A stretch of DNA of 30,239 bases from a virus (lineage: Duplodnaviria; Caudoviricetes): positions 1-30,239 of the IMG/VR virus record IMGVR_UViG_3300032253_000231, one strand, 5' to 3'. The notes below the pieces were generated by a model. That model searched no databases, had not been told where the DNA came from, and saw only the letters and a program-made list of their open reading frames with translations. Both the position numbers and the translations under genes were made by a program. How positions within the stretch are numbered: position 1 is the first letter of the stretch; each line of letters opens with the position of its first letter. Below are positions 18,647 to 26,800 of the stretch, piece by piece.

Positions 18647-18854
18647 CTGAAGAAATCCAGCTACATGGAAAATCCGTTTGTGGTTAGTCAGACATAACTC
18701 AAAAAATCGCGCGCGTCTATAATGACAATTTAAACCGGTTTTAATATCAAAATTAAACGGGGGTTAAACGGGGCAGGAAAGCCGCAATGGGATTTTGGCG
18801 GCCCAAGTCCCTGACCGGGGCTTGATGGCCCCCTATGGGCAATTTTTTGGAGCC

Positions 18855-18883
18855 TCGACTTTTTAGATAAGCAATCGTATAAT
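18855..18883 (+). promoter_or_regulatory. sigma70 promoter pointing at the 3' end of muF
   Basis: TCGACT (18855-18860), 17 bp spacer, TATAAT (18878-18883). Confidence 0.65.
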
Positions 18884-18888
18884 GTATG

Positions 18889-18967
18889 GGCAGATGTTGA
18901 CGGGTCCGCATACCTTTCGTCAGCATTGGGCTCCACGGTCGATGCGGAGGCTTGATGGAACTTTTTT
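18889..18967 (+). ncRNA. Candidate H-type pseudoknot small RNA
   Basis: S1 is AUGUUGACG (18894-18902) pairing with CGUCAGCAU (18918-18926). S2 is loop UCCGCAU (18905-18911) pairing with AUGCGGA (18942-18948). It starts just after the promoter and ends at a U-run (18962-18967). Confidence 0.55.
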
Positions 18968-20183
18968 ATTCTTTCTTATATATCCTCAAGCCATTTCTTA
19001 TATTCTTCAGCTTGTCTGATTTTCCGGGAAAAAAAGTCAGTCCTGACCATATCCCTCCATCAAGATCTGCCACCAGAGAAACGGTCCTGTTCTTCCCGAT
19101 CTGCAATAATTTAGCGTATCTTCGCCGTATTAAAACCCGGCCGGATATGCTGCTTTCGGCAAAACCTGCCCATATTTCTTCAGGATCTTCGATTAACTCA
19201 GGAATGAACGGGAAAAAAGCTTCCCGGCCATCCATGCGTTTCGTGTTTTCAATCAGATGATCAACAATGCCTTGGCCCACCTGAATACGTGCACCTAACG
19301 GATCCACGAGAACAGCATCATCCGCACCAAGCGATTTGTTCATTAATTTTTTAAGAGTTTCCGGGTCTTTTGTCCGTTCTCCAATGGAAGCTTTCGGTGT
19401 GAAAACCGTTAAGTTACCCGGGTCTTGCGGCCGGTTTCCACCGGGCGCACTCAGGGCTTGCCATGGACCATGACGTTCCTGCGCGACCTTGCTTGCACCA
19501 CGTCCCCATGCCGCATCGCCAACGTTGTAGGCAAACCCGGTATCAATGCCCTTCGGTACTTCTAGGCTGACTTTTCCTTCCGGCGTGTTAACCTGACGGG
19601 TCTCTTTTTCAATGCGCGGCGGCGGGTCCGTCACCGCTTTACCGCGCCGCTTCAAATCGCGTGCCGAGAAGGGTTGTACCTTGCAACGACAGTTCCAGCC
19701 GTTTGGCGGGGCATGTGTTCGCCAGAACGGATCATCAACCGGCAGGATGGTGTCATGCCATGCGCGGTGTTCAGGACGGGTGCGACCATCCATGACGGCT
19801 ACATAGCGCACATAGGGTTTGGTTTTCTTTAGGCGTTGGATTTGTGCCCAACGTCCGGCGTTTGTGGCCATGCGCATGTTGGTACCGTAAATCACACGGG
19901 ATCGCCAACCGCGCGACCCTTTATAGGACCAACCGTGTTTGGCAACGATGCGGTCAAAGTCTTTGCGAAAATCAGCCAAGGTCCGTCCCTCGGCGATGGC
20001 TTTGTTGACGGCTTCGTGAAAATCAGCAATCAGCGCGGCCTTGACCGCACCGGAAACAACAAAGGCACGGGCATGCATGCCTTGAAACAGGTCTGTCCAG
20101 GTCCGGGTCGGCAGATCGACTTTGTTTGTGAGAAAAGAAATTGCTTCTGCAAACGGTACCCCGCCTGTGGCAACATCAGCCAT
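18966..20183 (-). CDS. Minor head protein MuF (gp30) with C-terminal PBECR2-like (Barnase/EndoU/Colicin/RelE fold) nuclease domain
   Basis: MuF core (AF.V.G, D.RTRPEH..W, DDPFW..H.PPNGWNCRC). The C-terminal extension DH…DGRE.F…I…I.DPEEIW…RRRY…GLTFF…R.G..IY resembles PBECR2. Confidence 0.88.
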   Translation of the reverse strand: MADVATGGVPFAEAISFLTNKVDLPTRTWTDLFQGMHARAFVVSGAVKAALIADFHEAVNKAIAEGRTLADFRKDFDRIVAKHGWSYKGSRGWRSRVIYGTNMRMATNAGRWAQIQRLKKTKPYVRYVAVMDGRTRPEHRAWHDTILPVDDPFWRTHAPPNGWNCRCKVQPFSARDLKRRGKAVTDPPPRIEKETRQVNTPEGKVSLEVPKGIDTGFAYNVGDAAWGRGASKVAQERHGPWQALSAPGGNRPQDPGNLTVFTPKASIGERTKDPETLKKLMNKSLGADDAVLVDPLGARIQVGQGIVDHLIENTKRMDGREAFFPFIPELIEDPEEIWAGFAESSISGRVLIRRRYAKLLQIGKNRTVSLVADLDGGIWSGLTFFPGKSDKLKNIRNGLRIYKKE

Positions 20184-21627
20184 CGATAATCTCCGACTGG
20201 CCTGTCAGTTCGGCAACGCTCAGGGCTTGGCCCATAACATCAGCCAGACTGCTATCGTCAATGTCCGGGTAAAGCTCTATCAGTTTATCAGCAACGTCCT
20301 GCAGGCTGTCGGCGCTATCGATCAGGCTTCTGATCTGATTGATCATAACGTCCATGGCCGGTGCGGCGACGGTATCCAGTTGACCGGTTAAATCGTCAGC
20401 CGCATCCTTGGCAATATGTTCGGCAAATGATAGCGGCTTATTGGTGGGTTGACCCATAGCGGTCGCAACCACACCCTCATATCCGGGGCCATAGGTTTCC
20501 GCGATTCGCTCAGCCGTTGGCTTGTAACCGATATTGAAAAGCCGCTCATCCCGTTCGGCAAGCTGGTTCAAATCTTCCGGGTCATCGGTAACACGCCAGA
20601 CTCTTGGCGTTGCCGCATTCGGAAAATTCCACGCCGTCAACCACGTGACCGGGCCTTTGTTAAAACTCTCGCACACCAGATCGGCATCACTTTCAACAAC
20701 ATCATTACGCACATCCATGTGAACCTGTGCCTGGCTAAGGCTTGAGCCACTTTCTGTGGTCATGGTTTGTGATAAAATGACTTTGGCAATCATTAAATCC
20801 ATGTACTGAGCGAATTTTTCATGGTCGCCACCGGCACGACGCGTCGCTTCCATAAATTCAATTTCCATGCCTTGCGGAATGATGATGCCGACATCTGTGG
20901 CAACCGCGCGGATAGCCGATAATAATTTTTTCTTTTCTTCTTCAGTGGCGGATGCGTCATAGTGACCGATTGTCGTGGGCTGACCGAACTTTTCCAGTAC
21001 AATCGCCCACGATTTAATGCCGTTGCGTTTGAAAAACACCGGCCAGTAAAGCCAATAGGCCAACCCCAAACCATAGACATCATCATCGTTGTCGGCACCG
21101 GCGGTGAAGGTCCAGAATTTTCGGTCCGGCATAATCATTCCCGTGGGCTTGTCTTTTGTCAAAAGACGAAGCGACCCGTCCCGGCCAAACCGGAACCGTT
21201 TTCGGTTACGCACCTTGACATCAGCCAGTTGGACACGCGAGGCATCAATTTCCCACATACATTCGGCCACCGCGTATCCGTAAAACAGGCCCCACAACAT
21301 GCGTTCGGTGATCCGGTCCCAGGACAAATTACTGATCTGCTCTTTCAGATCATCGGCGGCCTGTTGATCGATGGCGGCATCTCCGCCGGGTTCGACGTTC
21401 CAGTCGCGACTGGTGACGGCCCGTCTGCGTTGCTGAAAAGTCGTATGCACTTGCTCGTCGCGGCGAATGTTTTCGTAAATGGCAAGATCGCCGCCTTTCG
21501 AACGCAATTTTGGATCGGTCGGTTGTGCCAGTTCGCCGGTATAGAAATCGTAAGCATCCGCACTGCTTGCACCAGCACCGGCGATTTCGCGGGTTTCAGG
21601 TTTTGATTTTTCAGGTTTTTTTGCCAT
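20176..21627 (-). CDS. Portal protein, Mu gp29 (DUF935)
   Basis: YGYAV.E..W, YGLGL…YWP..FK, EKFG.P, QTMTT and A.VH..VR motifs. Confidence 0.95.
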   Translation of the reverse strand: MAKKPEKSKPETREIAGAGASSADAYDFYTGELAQPTDPKLRSKGGDLAIYENIRRDEQVHTTFQQRRRAVTSRDWNVEPGGDAAIDQQAADDLKEQISNLSWDRITERMLWGLFYGYAVAECMWEIDASRVQLADVKVRNRKRFRFGRDGSLRLLTKDKPTGMIMPDRKFWTFTAGADNDDDVYGLGLAYWLYWPVFFKRNGIKSWAIVLEKFGQPTTIGHYDASATEEEKKKLLSAIRAVATDVGIIIPQGMEIEFMEATRRAGGDHEKFAQYMDLMIAKVILSQTMTTESGSSLSQAQVHMDVRNDVVESDADLVCESFNKGPVTWLTAWNFPNAATPRVWRVTDDPEDLNQLAERDERLFNIGYKPTAERIAETYGPGYEGVVATAMGQPTNKPLSFAEHIAKDAADDLTGQLDTVAAPAMDVMINQIRSLIDSADSLQDVADKLIELYPDIDDSSLADVMGQALSVAELTGQSEIIDG

Positions 21628-21629
21628 CG

Positions 21630-23318
21630 TTAAAATCCATTCATATCCATGTCAGACGGTACCGTGCCAAAACCAACGCCGGAAAAATCATTATCCCTGT
21701 CCATTGGTTGGGTTTCGGAAAAAGCCGCTTGCGATTGACGAGTGCCCGTGCTTTCAAATTCGATCAAACCCACATCTGCCTCCAGTGCGGCAAACAAATT
21801 GATCAGGGAAATGGCACTATCGGCATGCCGCTTGCCATCGTCACTGCCTTTGGTGCGAACATCGGAAGGGATCCGCCACGTTCCATTATTGGTCATTTGA
21901 AATTGCTTTAAATCAGATTTAATGTCGCTGTCTTCGGGCAACAAAATCATTCGGCTTTCAAAAGCTTCGCGGAATTTTGGAGCAAATTCCCGGAACCACG
22001 CATCCTTGGCCAATAGTTCCTGGATGCGTAGCTGGCCATATTTTTGCCGGGCTTCCTGTGCCAGCACCATACCGTTGCCGCCTGCGTCCATGACGCCACT
22101 GTGAAACCGGTGCACCCGGTCAAGAATAAAAAACAACGCCTGTTTTTGCTGATCATACGGACATCCTCTCAATTCCACGATCAGTGGAACGTCAAGCAAC
22201 AAACCATGGCCACGGTAACCGATAGCAATCGAAGTGCGGTCAACTCGCATGGCAAAATCTTCGCCAAGTCCATAAAGCCGTCCCTTCGGCAGCGCTTTCA
22301 GAACCGGTTCCACATAATCGCGTAGCCACAATTCCATTTCGGCACGGCGTGCGGCTTCCGGCCAATCAACAAAGTCTTCGCTTTCAGCCTGCCAGCGGAC
22401 AACTTTATATTCTTGGTTCATACAGGCTTCGATCCATGCCAACGGCAACATCGTGCCTTCGCCTTCGCGCGGGATAGCGTCCAGTTCTTCACGCATCTTG
22501 TCCTTGCGGGTGCCGTAACTGGCGCGAATGCGATTGTACCATTTTTGTTTTTTTTCAGGCGTTGGTTTCCAGCCTTTAACCAGACAGACCCGTTCATATA
22601 GACCGTTGGCAACGGCATCATCAAAAGTGATGCGATGAATACTATAGGGCCATTTTCCTTCGCGGGTTTCCTTAATCAGTTCGTTGAATGCATTCAAAAC
22701 ACCATTGTGGGTCGAGATAATGCGGATGCGACCGCCCCAGATCAGCAAGGCGTTACAGGCGTCGATCACGCCTTTGACATTGTTATGGAACGCCGCCTCA
22801 TCAATAACAACGACACCCTGCAGACCGCGTATGACAGCGGGCCTCGAAGCCAAAGCAGAAATCCGAAAACCGGATTTGAACCGAATGGTGTATGAGGCAA
22901 GACGTTCAATCACGCGTTTGTCGTTTTCAACGTATTCAACGACTTCTTCACCTTCCCAGATTTCCGGCAGAACGCCTTCGATGAACTGTGCAAAGTGGGC
23001 GCAGTAACCGATAAATTCGAGACCCTTTTCCTTGGTGTCGCCAATGTAAAAAATATTATCTCCGCCCGCTTCCCGTGAAGCCGCTGCGATCAGTGTATCG
23101 TCGTGAGCTTCCGCCCATGTGATGCCGGTGCGACGGCCTTTGTCACAAAGTTTCAGATCCGCATCGTCGGCAACCCAATCAATTTGGTGGGCCATGAAAA
23201 TCCCCCGTTCGAGGGGATTAAGATCAGACGGGATATTGCGCGCACGCGGGGGAAGCTCAAACTGGTCAACTTTCCGAAACGGTTTTTGCTGTGCGCTGAT
23301 AACGCGGTTTTCGCTCAT
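21630..23318 (-). CDS. Terminase large subunit, Mu gp28-like
   Basis: K.RRTGITWA (Walker A variant), RG.QG.VVIDEAAFH (Walker B), ISTHNG..N.FN and H.DSAI motifs. Confidence 0.95.
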   Translation of the reverse strand: MSENRVISAQQKPFRKVDQFELPPRARNIPSDLNPLERGIFMAHQIDWVADDADLKLCDKGRRTGITWAEAHDDTLIAAASREAGGDNIFYIGDTKEKGLEFIGYCAHFAQFIEGVLPEIWEGEEVVEYVENDKRVIERLASYTIRFKSGFRISALASRPAVIRGLQGVVVIDEAAFHNNVKGVIDACNALLIWGGRIRIISTHNGVLNAFNELIKETREGKWPYSIHRITFDDAVANGLYERVCLVKGWKPTPEKKQKWYNRIRASYGTRKDKMREELDAIPREGEGTMLPLAWIEACMNQEYKVVRWQAESEDFVDWPEAARRAEMELWLRDYVEPVLKALPKGRLYGLGEDFAMRVDRTSIAIGYRGHGLLLDVPLIVELRGCPYDQQKQALFFILDRVHRFHSGVMDAGGNGMVLAQEARQKYGQLRIQELLAKDAWFREFAPKFREAFESRMILLPEDSDIKSDLKQFQMTNNGTWRIPSDVRTKGSDDGKRHADSAISLINLFAALEADVGLIEFESTGTRQSQAAFSETQPMDRDNDFSGVGFGTVPSDMDMNGF

Positions 23319-23890
23319 GGCCCGCTCTCGTCATCAGGTTTGCGAACGCCCAGGAAACTTTCTTTCCAGAAGTTCACCTGCTCGGCCGTAAGACCGGCGC
23401 TGGTCATGGTCTTGACAGCGTCATCAGCGGCTTTAAGGCGTTCTTCTCGGGCAATAATTTCACGGATTTTTGTTTCATAATCCTGATCTGAACGTAGCGC
23501 TCGGCTGAGTTCAGCCAAACCTTTCCCGAGAAGCGCTACATCTTTCGTATCCAAATTTTTGCTGTCGTCCTGTTGGACTTTATCGAGCAAATCAAAAACG
23601 AGACCGCGCACCATCTCGACCAATAACCGGCCCTGTTTTCCTTGGGTCGCACTATTGCCAAGTTCCATTGTCAGGGCTTCAGTGATCTGACGTGATTCGC
23701 GCATCTTGGCTGCTGCCCGATCTATCTTTTGCATGTAGCGATGGGCTGCGGATTTGGAAATTTCAAAACCACGCTGCCCCAGCCATTCGGTCAAGCCAAG
23801 CACAGTCCATTCACCGCTGGCGATCATTTTATCGAGATCGGCGCGTTCTTCTTTTGAAAGCTGCATTTCTATGGATGACCGTTGGCTCAT
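23315..23890 (-). CDS. Mu gp27-like protein (DUF3486), putative small terminase
   Basis: SS…L, G..ISKSA.HRY HTH, C-terminal GLT…LG; directly upstream of terL. Confidence 0.88.
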   Translation of the reverse strand: MSQRSSIEMQLSKEERADLDKMIASGEWTVLGLTEWLGQRGFEISKSAAHRYMQKIDRAAAKMRESRQITEALTMELGNSATQGKQGRLLVEMVRGLVFDLLDKVQQDDSKNLDTKDVALLGKGLAELSRALRSDQDYETKIREIIAREERLKAADDAVKTMTSAGLTAEQVNFWKESFLGVRKPDDESGP

Positions 23891-23893
23891 GGT

Positions 23894-24196
23894 TCAATCC
23901 TCCAACGGTGGTTTGTCAACGCCGTCGATCCGGGTCACACCGGCGGCAACGTCGGCACCCCGTTGCAACAGTTTTGCAAAAACGAGTTCGTCTTCGATCA
24001 CCAGTTCGATTAAAAACTTGGCCTCAAGCCAGCGCAGGTCTTTGCGGATTTGATCAACACCAACGGCATGCGCCGGGTTAATGGTTAGAATTCCGCGCTG
24101 GATCATACGGATTTCGACCTGATGACCAAAGTCACCGGCCATAAGTTTCAGGATTGTCCAGCGTCTATTCGCGGATAACAGTTCTTGCGGTGTCAT
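23894..24196 (-). CDS. Mu gp26-like winged-helix protein
   Basis: RR..IL..M…D..R.DL.WL…L…RG.DVA.G…GV..P signature. Confidence 0.85.
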   Translation of the reverse strand: MTPQELLSANRRWTILKLMAGDFGHQVEIRMIQRGILTINPAHAVGVDQIRKDLRWLEAKFLIELVIEDELVFAKLLQRGADVAAGVTRIDGVDKPPLED

Positions 24197-24543
24197 CGAT
24201 CATCCCTTTCCCGTGTGAATTCACTGCGATTGAGCAAAGCAATGTTTTTTTCAATGCCGTTCAGGGAGCCCGCCATCCCGGCCACCGCCGTTGCCACTTT
24301 GCTCAGTTCGTCCCTGACATCGGAAACCCTTTCATGCACGCCTTCGACGTCTTCGTGACTGGCAACCCGGCGCGGCAAATGTTCGACCGCTGCTTCGAGT
24401 TTGACAATGCGATTTCCGTGGTCATTGAAGCGGTTATCATTGCGCGCGGCCGCGACTTGATTGCGCATTAATATTGACCAGCCAATCGTCCATGCCAGAT
24501 TGCTGGCCAGCAGGCCCAAGCCAATGAGTTCACCCCAGTTCAT
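24193..24543 (-). CDS. Mu gp25-like protein (DUF2730); N-terminal TM plus coiled coil
   Basis: N-terminal hydrophobic helix; RI..LE…HLP motif; synteny. Start may be 24543 or 24558. Confidence 0.75.
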   Translation of the reverse strand: MNWGELIGLGLLASNLAWTIGWSILMRNQVAAARNDNRFNDHGNRIVKLEAAVEHLPRRVASHEDVEGVHERVSDVRDELSKVATAVAGMAGSLNGIEKNIALLNRSEFTRERDDR

Positions 24544-24745
24544 TTGTCTCTCTTTCATTTTCGCAATGTGTGCATCTCATTGCCGTTGGAACGGCCATCA
24601 GACGTGCTTCGCCAATGGATTCACCACAACTGGTGCACATGCCATTGCCTTCACTGGTCGTATGCCTGTGAACTTTTAAAGCGGCCAAGGCGTTTTGTCG
24701 GTGCAGTTCTTCAACAGCTTGAGCCCGGTCAGCATCATCTGACAT
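24530..24745 (-). CDS. TraR/DksA C4 zinc-finger protein
   Basis: MSDDADRAQ (DxxDxA) with CTSCGE.I…R..A.P…RC.HC. Confidence 0.92.
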   Translation of the reverse strand: MSDDADRAQAVEELHRQNALAALKVHRHTTSEGNGMCTSCGESIGEARLMAVPTAMRCTHCENERETNELG

Positions 24746-25499
24746 CGTTGTTCTCCGCACGTTCCAATACCCGGCCGTAGTTGGCAATTTTGTGGTCCAG
24801 ATACATTCGTTCGGGAACCGGGCAGAGCGTCCAACCCGATTTCCATTTCAGGGAAAACACGGAAAGAAACCGTCCGAACAATTCCTGCCATAATGGACAG
24901 TCCCGAATAGCCTCACCGTTCGTTGTCAAATAAACGGGTCTGCCGTCATGCCTGAAACCCATCGCCATTAACGGCACCGCAGGCACAATGTCTGCGCCAT
25001 AAACATATCGGGTGTGAAGGATTTGTTCGTCCTTAAACACCTGTTTAATCGCCTTTGAACCAACGCGCGGCGCACCGAATGTAACCACACGCTGGCACCA
25101 TGGCCATGACAGCCCGGCTATTACCGCCAAGGCACCACCGAGTGAATGACCTGTGAAAATCAAACGACTATCGCCATTTTCGCCAATCATCTTTCTGAGT
25201 TTGGGACGGATCGCGCCCCACTGCGCCCGAAAACCCCGATGTACCCGAATCTTGCCAGAAGGGATTAGGTCGACCCGGCGGAATTTCAAATCAGCCATAA
25301 TATCAGCATAATTTTTTTCCGTGCCGCGAAAAGCCACAACGGTTTCATTTTCATTTGAACAAACGATCAGGTCGGCTCCGGTTGTCTTGTCATGGATCGC
25401 CCCTTCAAACCGATAACCCAAACGGGCAACGGATCGCTTGGCATCGGCATCAGGCAAATAGGCGGCGGCACTCAGTTGTTGGTAAATCAAATCCGACAC
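24735..25499 (-). CDS. Class-3 lipase (alpha/beta hydrolase)
   Basis: VVAFRGT, VHRGF, TGHSLGG (Ser), TFGAPRVG, DIVP.VP (Asp), DH.I..Y (His); GTG start at 25499 with GAGG RBS. Confidence 0.92.
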   Translation of the reverse strand: MSDLIYQQLSAAAYLPDADAKRSVARLGYRFEGAIHDKTTGADLIVCSNENETVVAFRGTEKNYADIMADLKFRRVDLIPSGKIRVHRGFRAQWGAIRPKLRKMIGENGDSRLIFTGHSLGGALAVIAGLSWPWCQRVVTFGAPRVGSKAIKQVFKDEQILHTRYVYGADIVPAVPLMAMGFRHDGRPVYLTTNGEAIRDCPLWQELFGRFLSVFSLKWKSGWTLCPVPERMYLDHKIANYGRVLERAENNDVR

Positions 25500-25506
25500 A
25501 ATAACC

Positions 25507-25881
25507 TCAAGGCACGACGGCTTTAACGATGGCACCCATCACGCTGTCAACGATACCGGGCGCGGCCGCTTTTAAATCATCGGAAATTGCATCTTCAACT
25601 GCTCCCCGGATTTTCTGACCTTCAAAGGCCCGGACACCGTTTGCAGAATATTCAACTTGCCAGCCAACGGGATTTTTTATCACCAAAGAAACATTTTGCT
25701 TTTCCTTGCCGTCAATGATTTCGGCGGCGCAAACAAAAACACCGCCGTCTTTTTTCTGGCAAACCTTGACGGTCGCATGGGTGATCCCGGCGTTGACTTG
25801 TTCATTTCCGGGAATGGCACCGCAGGCAGCCAGAAATAAAATCAATGCGAGCGGCGCGGATAATGATAATAGGCGTTTCAT
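25507..25881 (-). CDS. Lipoprotein in the lysis cassette
   Basis: RBS AGGAG; signal peptide with lipobox LAAC; directly after the endolysin. Confidence 0.85.
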   Translation of the reverse strand: MKRLLSLSAPLALILFLAACGAIPGNEQVNAGITHATVKVCQKKDGGVFVCAAEIIDGKEKQNVSLVIKNPVGWQVEYSANGVRAFEGQKIRGAVEDAISDDLKAAAPGIVDSVMGAIVKAVVP

Positions 25882-25890
25882 GGTTTGCTC

Positions 25891-26361
25891 CTAAGCTATA
25901 CCCTTGTAAAAAAGATGACGGCCAAGACTGAAATGAGGCTCGACAGGCTCCCCCCATGCCTCGGGAAATGATTGTGACGCAACGTGATAATGCGTCGCCC
26001 CGTCGGTCAAATCCTCAAGGCCACCGGAGACTGCACGTTCAGCGATTTCCAGACAGTCTCTGAAAACGTCATCGTCATCGGTAACGGATTTTAATTTTTC
26101 GTAATTCGGGTCGTTGGCATTCCAGCAAGAAAACTGCCACGGCTTCAGGCATATGGCCTCAATGGAATTGCCCCACCAGTAACCCTTTTTTTCTTTGCTG
26201 AATGCCAGCCGGTTCAAGATCACGTTGGCAACGGCAATGCGCCCGTTATGGCTTTCACCGCGTGCTTCGCCCCAAAGTGTCCGGGCAAGGGTATCGGTAT
26301 CTTCCATGATGTCTCTGTCGACAATTTCCAAAACTGACTCCATACCAAAACGGGCGATCAT
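25891..26361 (-). CDS. Endolysin, SleB/Hydrolase_2 cell wall hydrolase
   Basis: LART.WGEARGE, AVA.VI.NR, QFSCWN, D.T.GATHYH and G.H.FY motifs. Start uncertain (26361, 26343 or 26307). Confidence 0.92.
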   Translation of the reverse strand: MIARFGMESVLEIVDRDIMEDTDTLARTLWGEARGESHNGRIAVANVILNRLAFSKEKKGYWWGNSIEAICLKPWQFSCWNANDPNYEKLKSVTDDDDVFRDCLEIAERAVSGGLEDLTDGATHYHVASQSFPEAWGEPVEPHFSLGRHLFYKGIA

Positions 26362-26411
26362 CAGCCCGTTAAATTGAGTTTCAGTTTGATTGTTTTTGTC
26401 TTGGGATGTGA

Positions 26412-26430
26412 GGGCGCAATGGTTGCGCCC
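26412..26430. promoter_or_regulatory. Dyad GGGCGCAA-N3-TTGCGCCC, putative Mor/C activator site of the lysis promoter
   Basis: Same arms as 18628-18646; lies between the activator gene and the endolysin. Confidence 0.75.
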
Positions 26431-26435
26431 AAGAA

Positions 26436-26798
26436 TCAGGCAGCGGGATTGAAAAGATCAATTTGCCGGGTGGGCGTGGTGCCGCTATCCCAATATTGAA
26501 CAGTGCGGCGACTGAGTTTCAAGGCCATCGCCCGGCGTTCCTGTGACCAGCCCTGATCTTTGAGCCAAGCACTCAAGGTCTTTTTTGCAAGCGGGATTTC
26601 AATCCGCTCGTCTGCCAGATTTGCCACAATTTTATAGGCCGCGTCAATGCCGACGATTTTTTCCAGTTCCGAGCCTTCAGCATTTTGTGGAATCCGGAAC
26701 CTCGAACCGCCCCGCTTCAATGCAATCTTGAGCGCGGCATCAATCCCGGCCGCGTCCGCCAGAATTTGTAGACCGTGAGGAAGATTTTGGCTGTTCAT
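26436..26798 (-). CDS. Mor/C-family late transcription activator
   Basis: LP..L…G..AA.K….GG….IP…IG..AA…IP.A followed by a C-terminal HTH (WSQ…A..L.LS.RTV); position just before the lysis genes. Confidence 0.85.
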   Translation of the reverse strand: MNSQNLPHGLQILADAAGIDAALKIALKRGGSRFRIPQNAEGSELEKIVGIDAAYKIVANLADERIEIPLAKKTLSAWLKDQGWSQERRAMALKLSRRTVQYWDSGTTPTRQIDLFNPAA

Positions 26799-26800
26799 AA

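Noticed and set aside
18914-18923. CUGACGA followed by AAG on the minus strand, resembling a hammerhead ribozyme core
   Set aside because: There is no stem II between CUGANGA and GAAA, and the pairing and promoter evidence favour the opposite strand.
18730-18936. 68-aa minus-strand ORF after muF as a possible immunity protein
   Set aside because: GTG start with no RBS, an unstructured-looking product, and it overlaps the promoter, pseudoknot and phased DNA elements.
4094-21606. Many long + strand ORFs (e.g. 4094-4768, 6733-7347, 10507-11058, 20962-21606)
   Set aside because: They are antisense shadows of well-supported GC-rich minus-strand genes, with no recognisable motifs.
26412-26430. 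Dyad as an intrinsic terminator of the activator gene
   Set aside because: There is no U-tract, and an identical dyad occurs in a second promoter-like context, so a protein-binding site is the better explanation.
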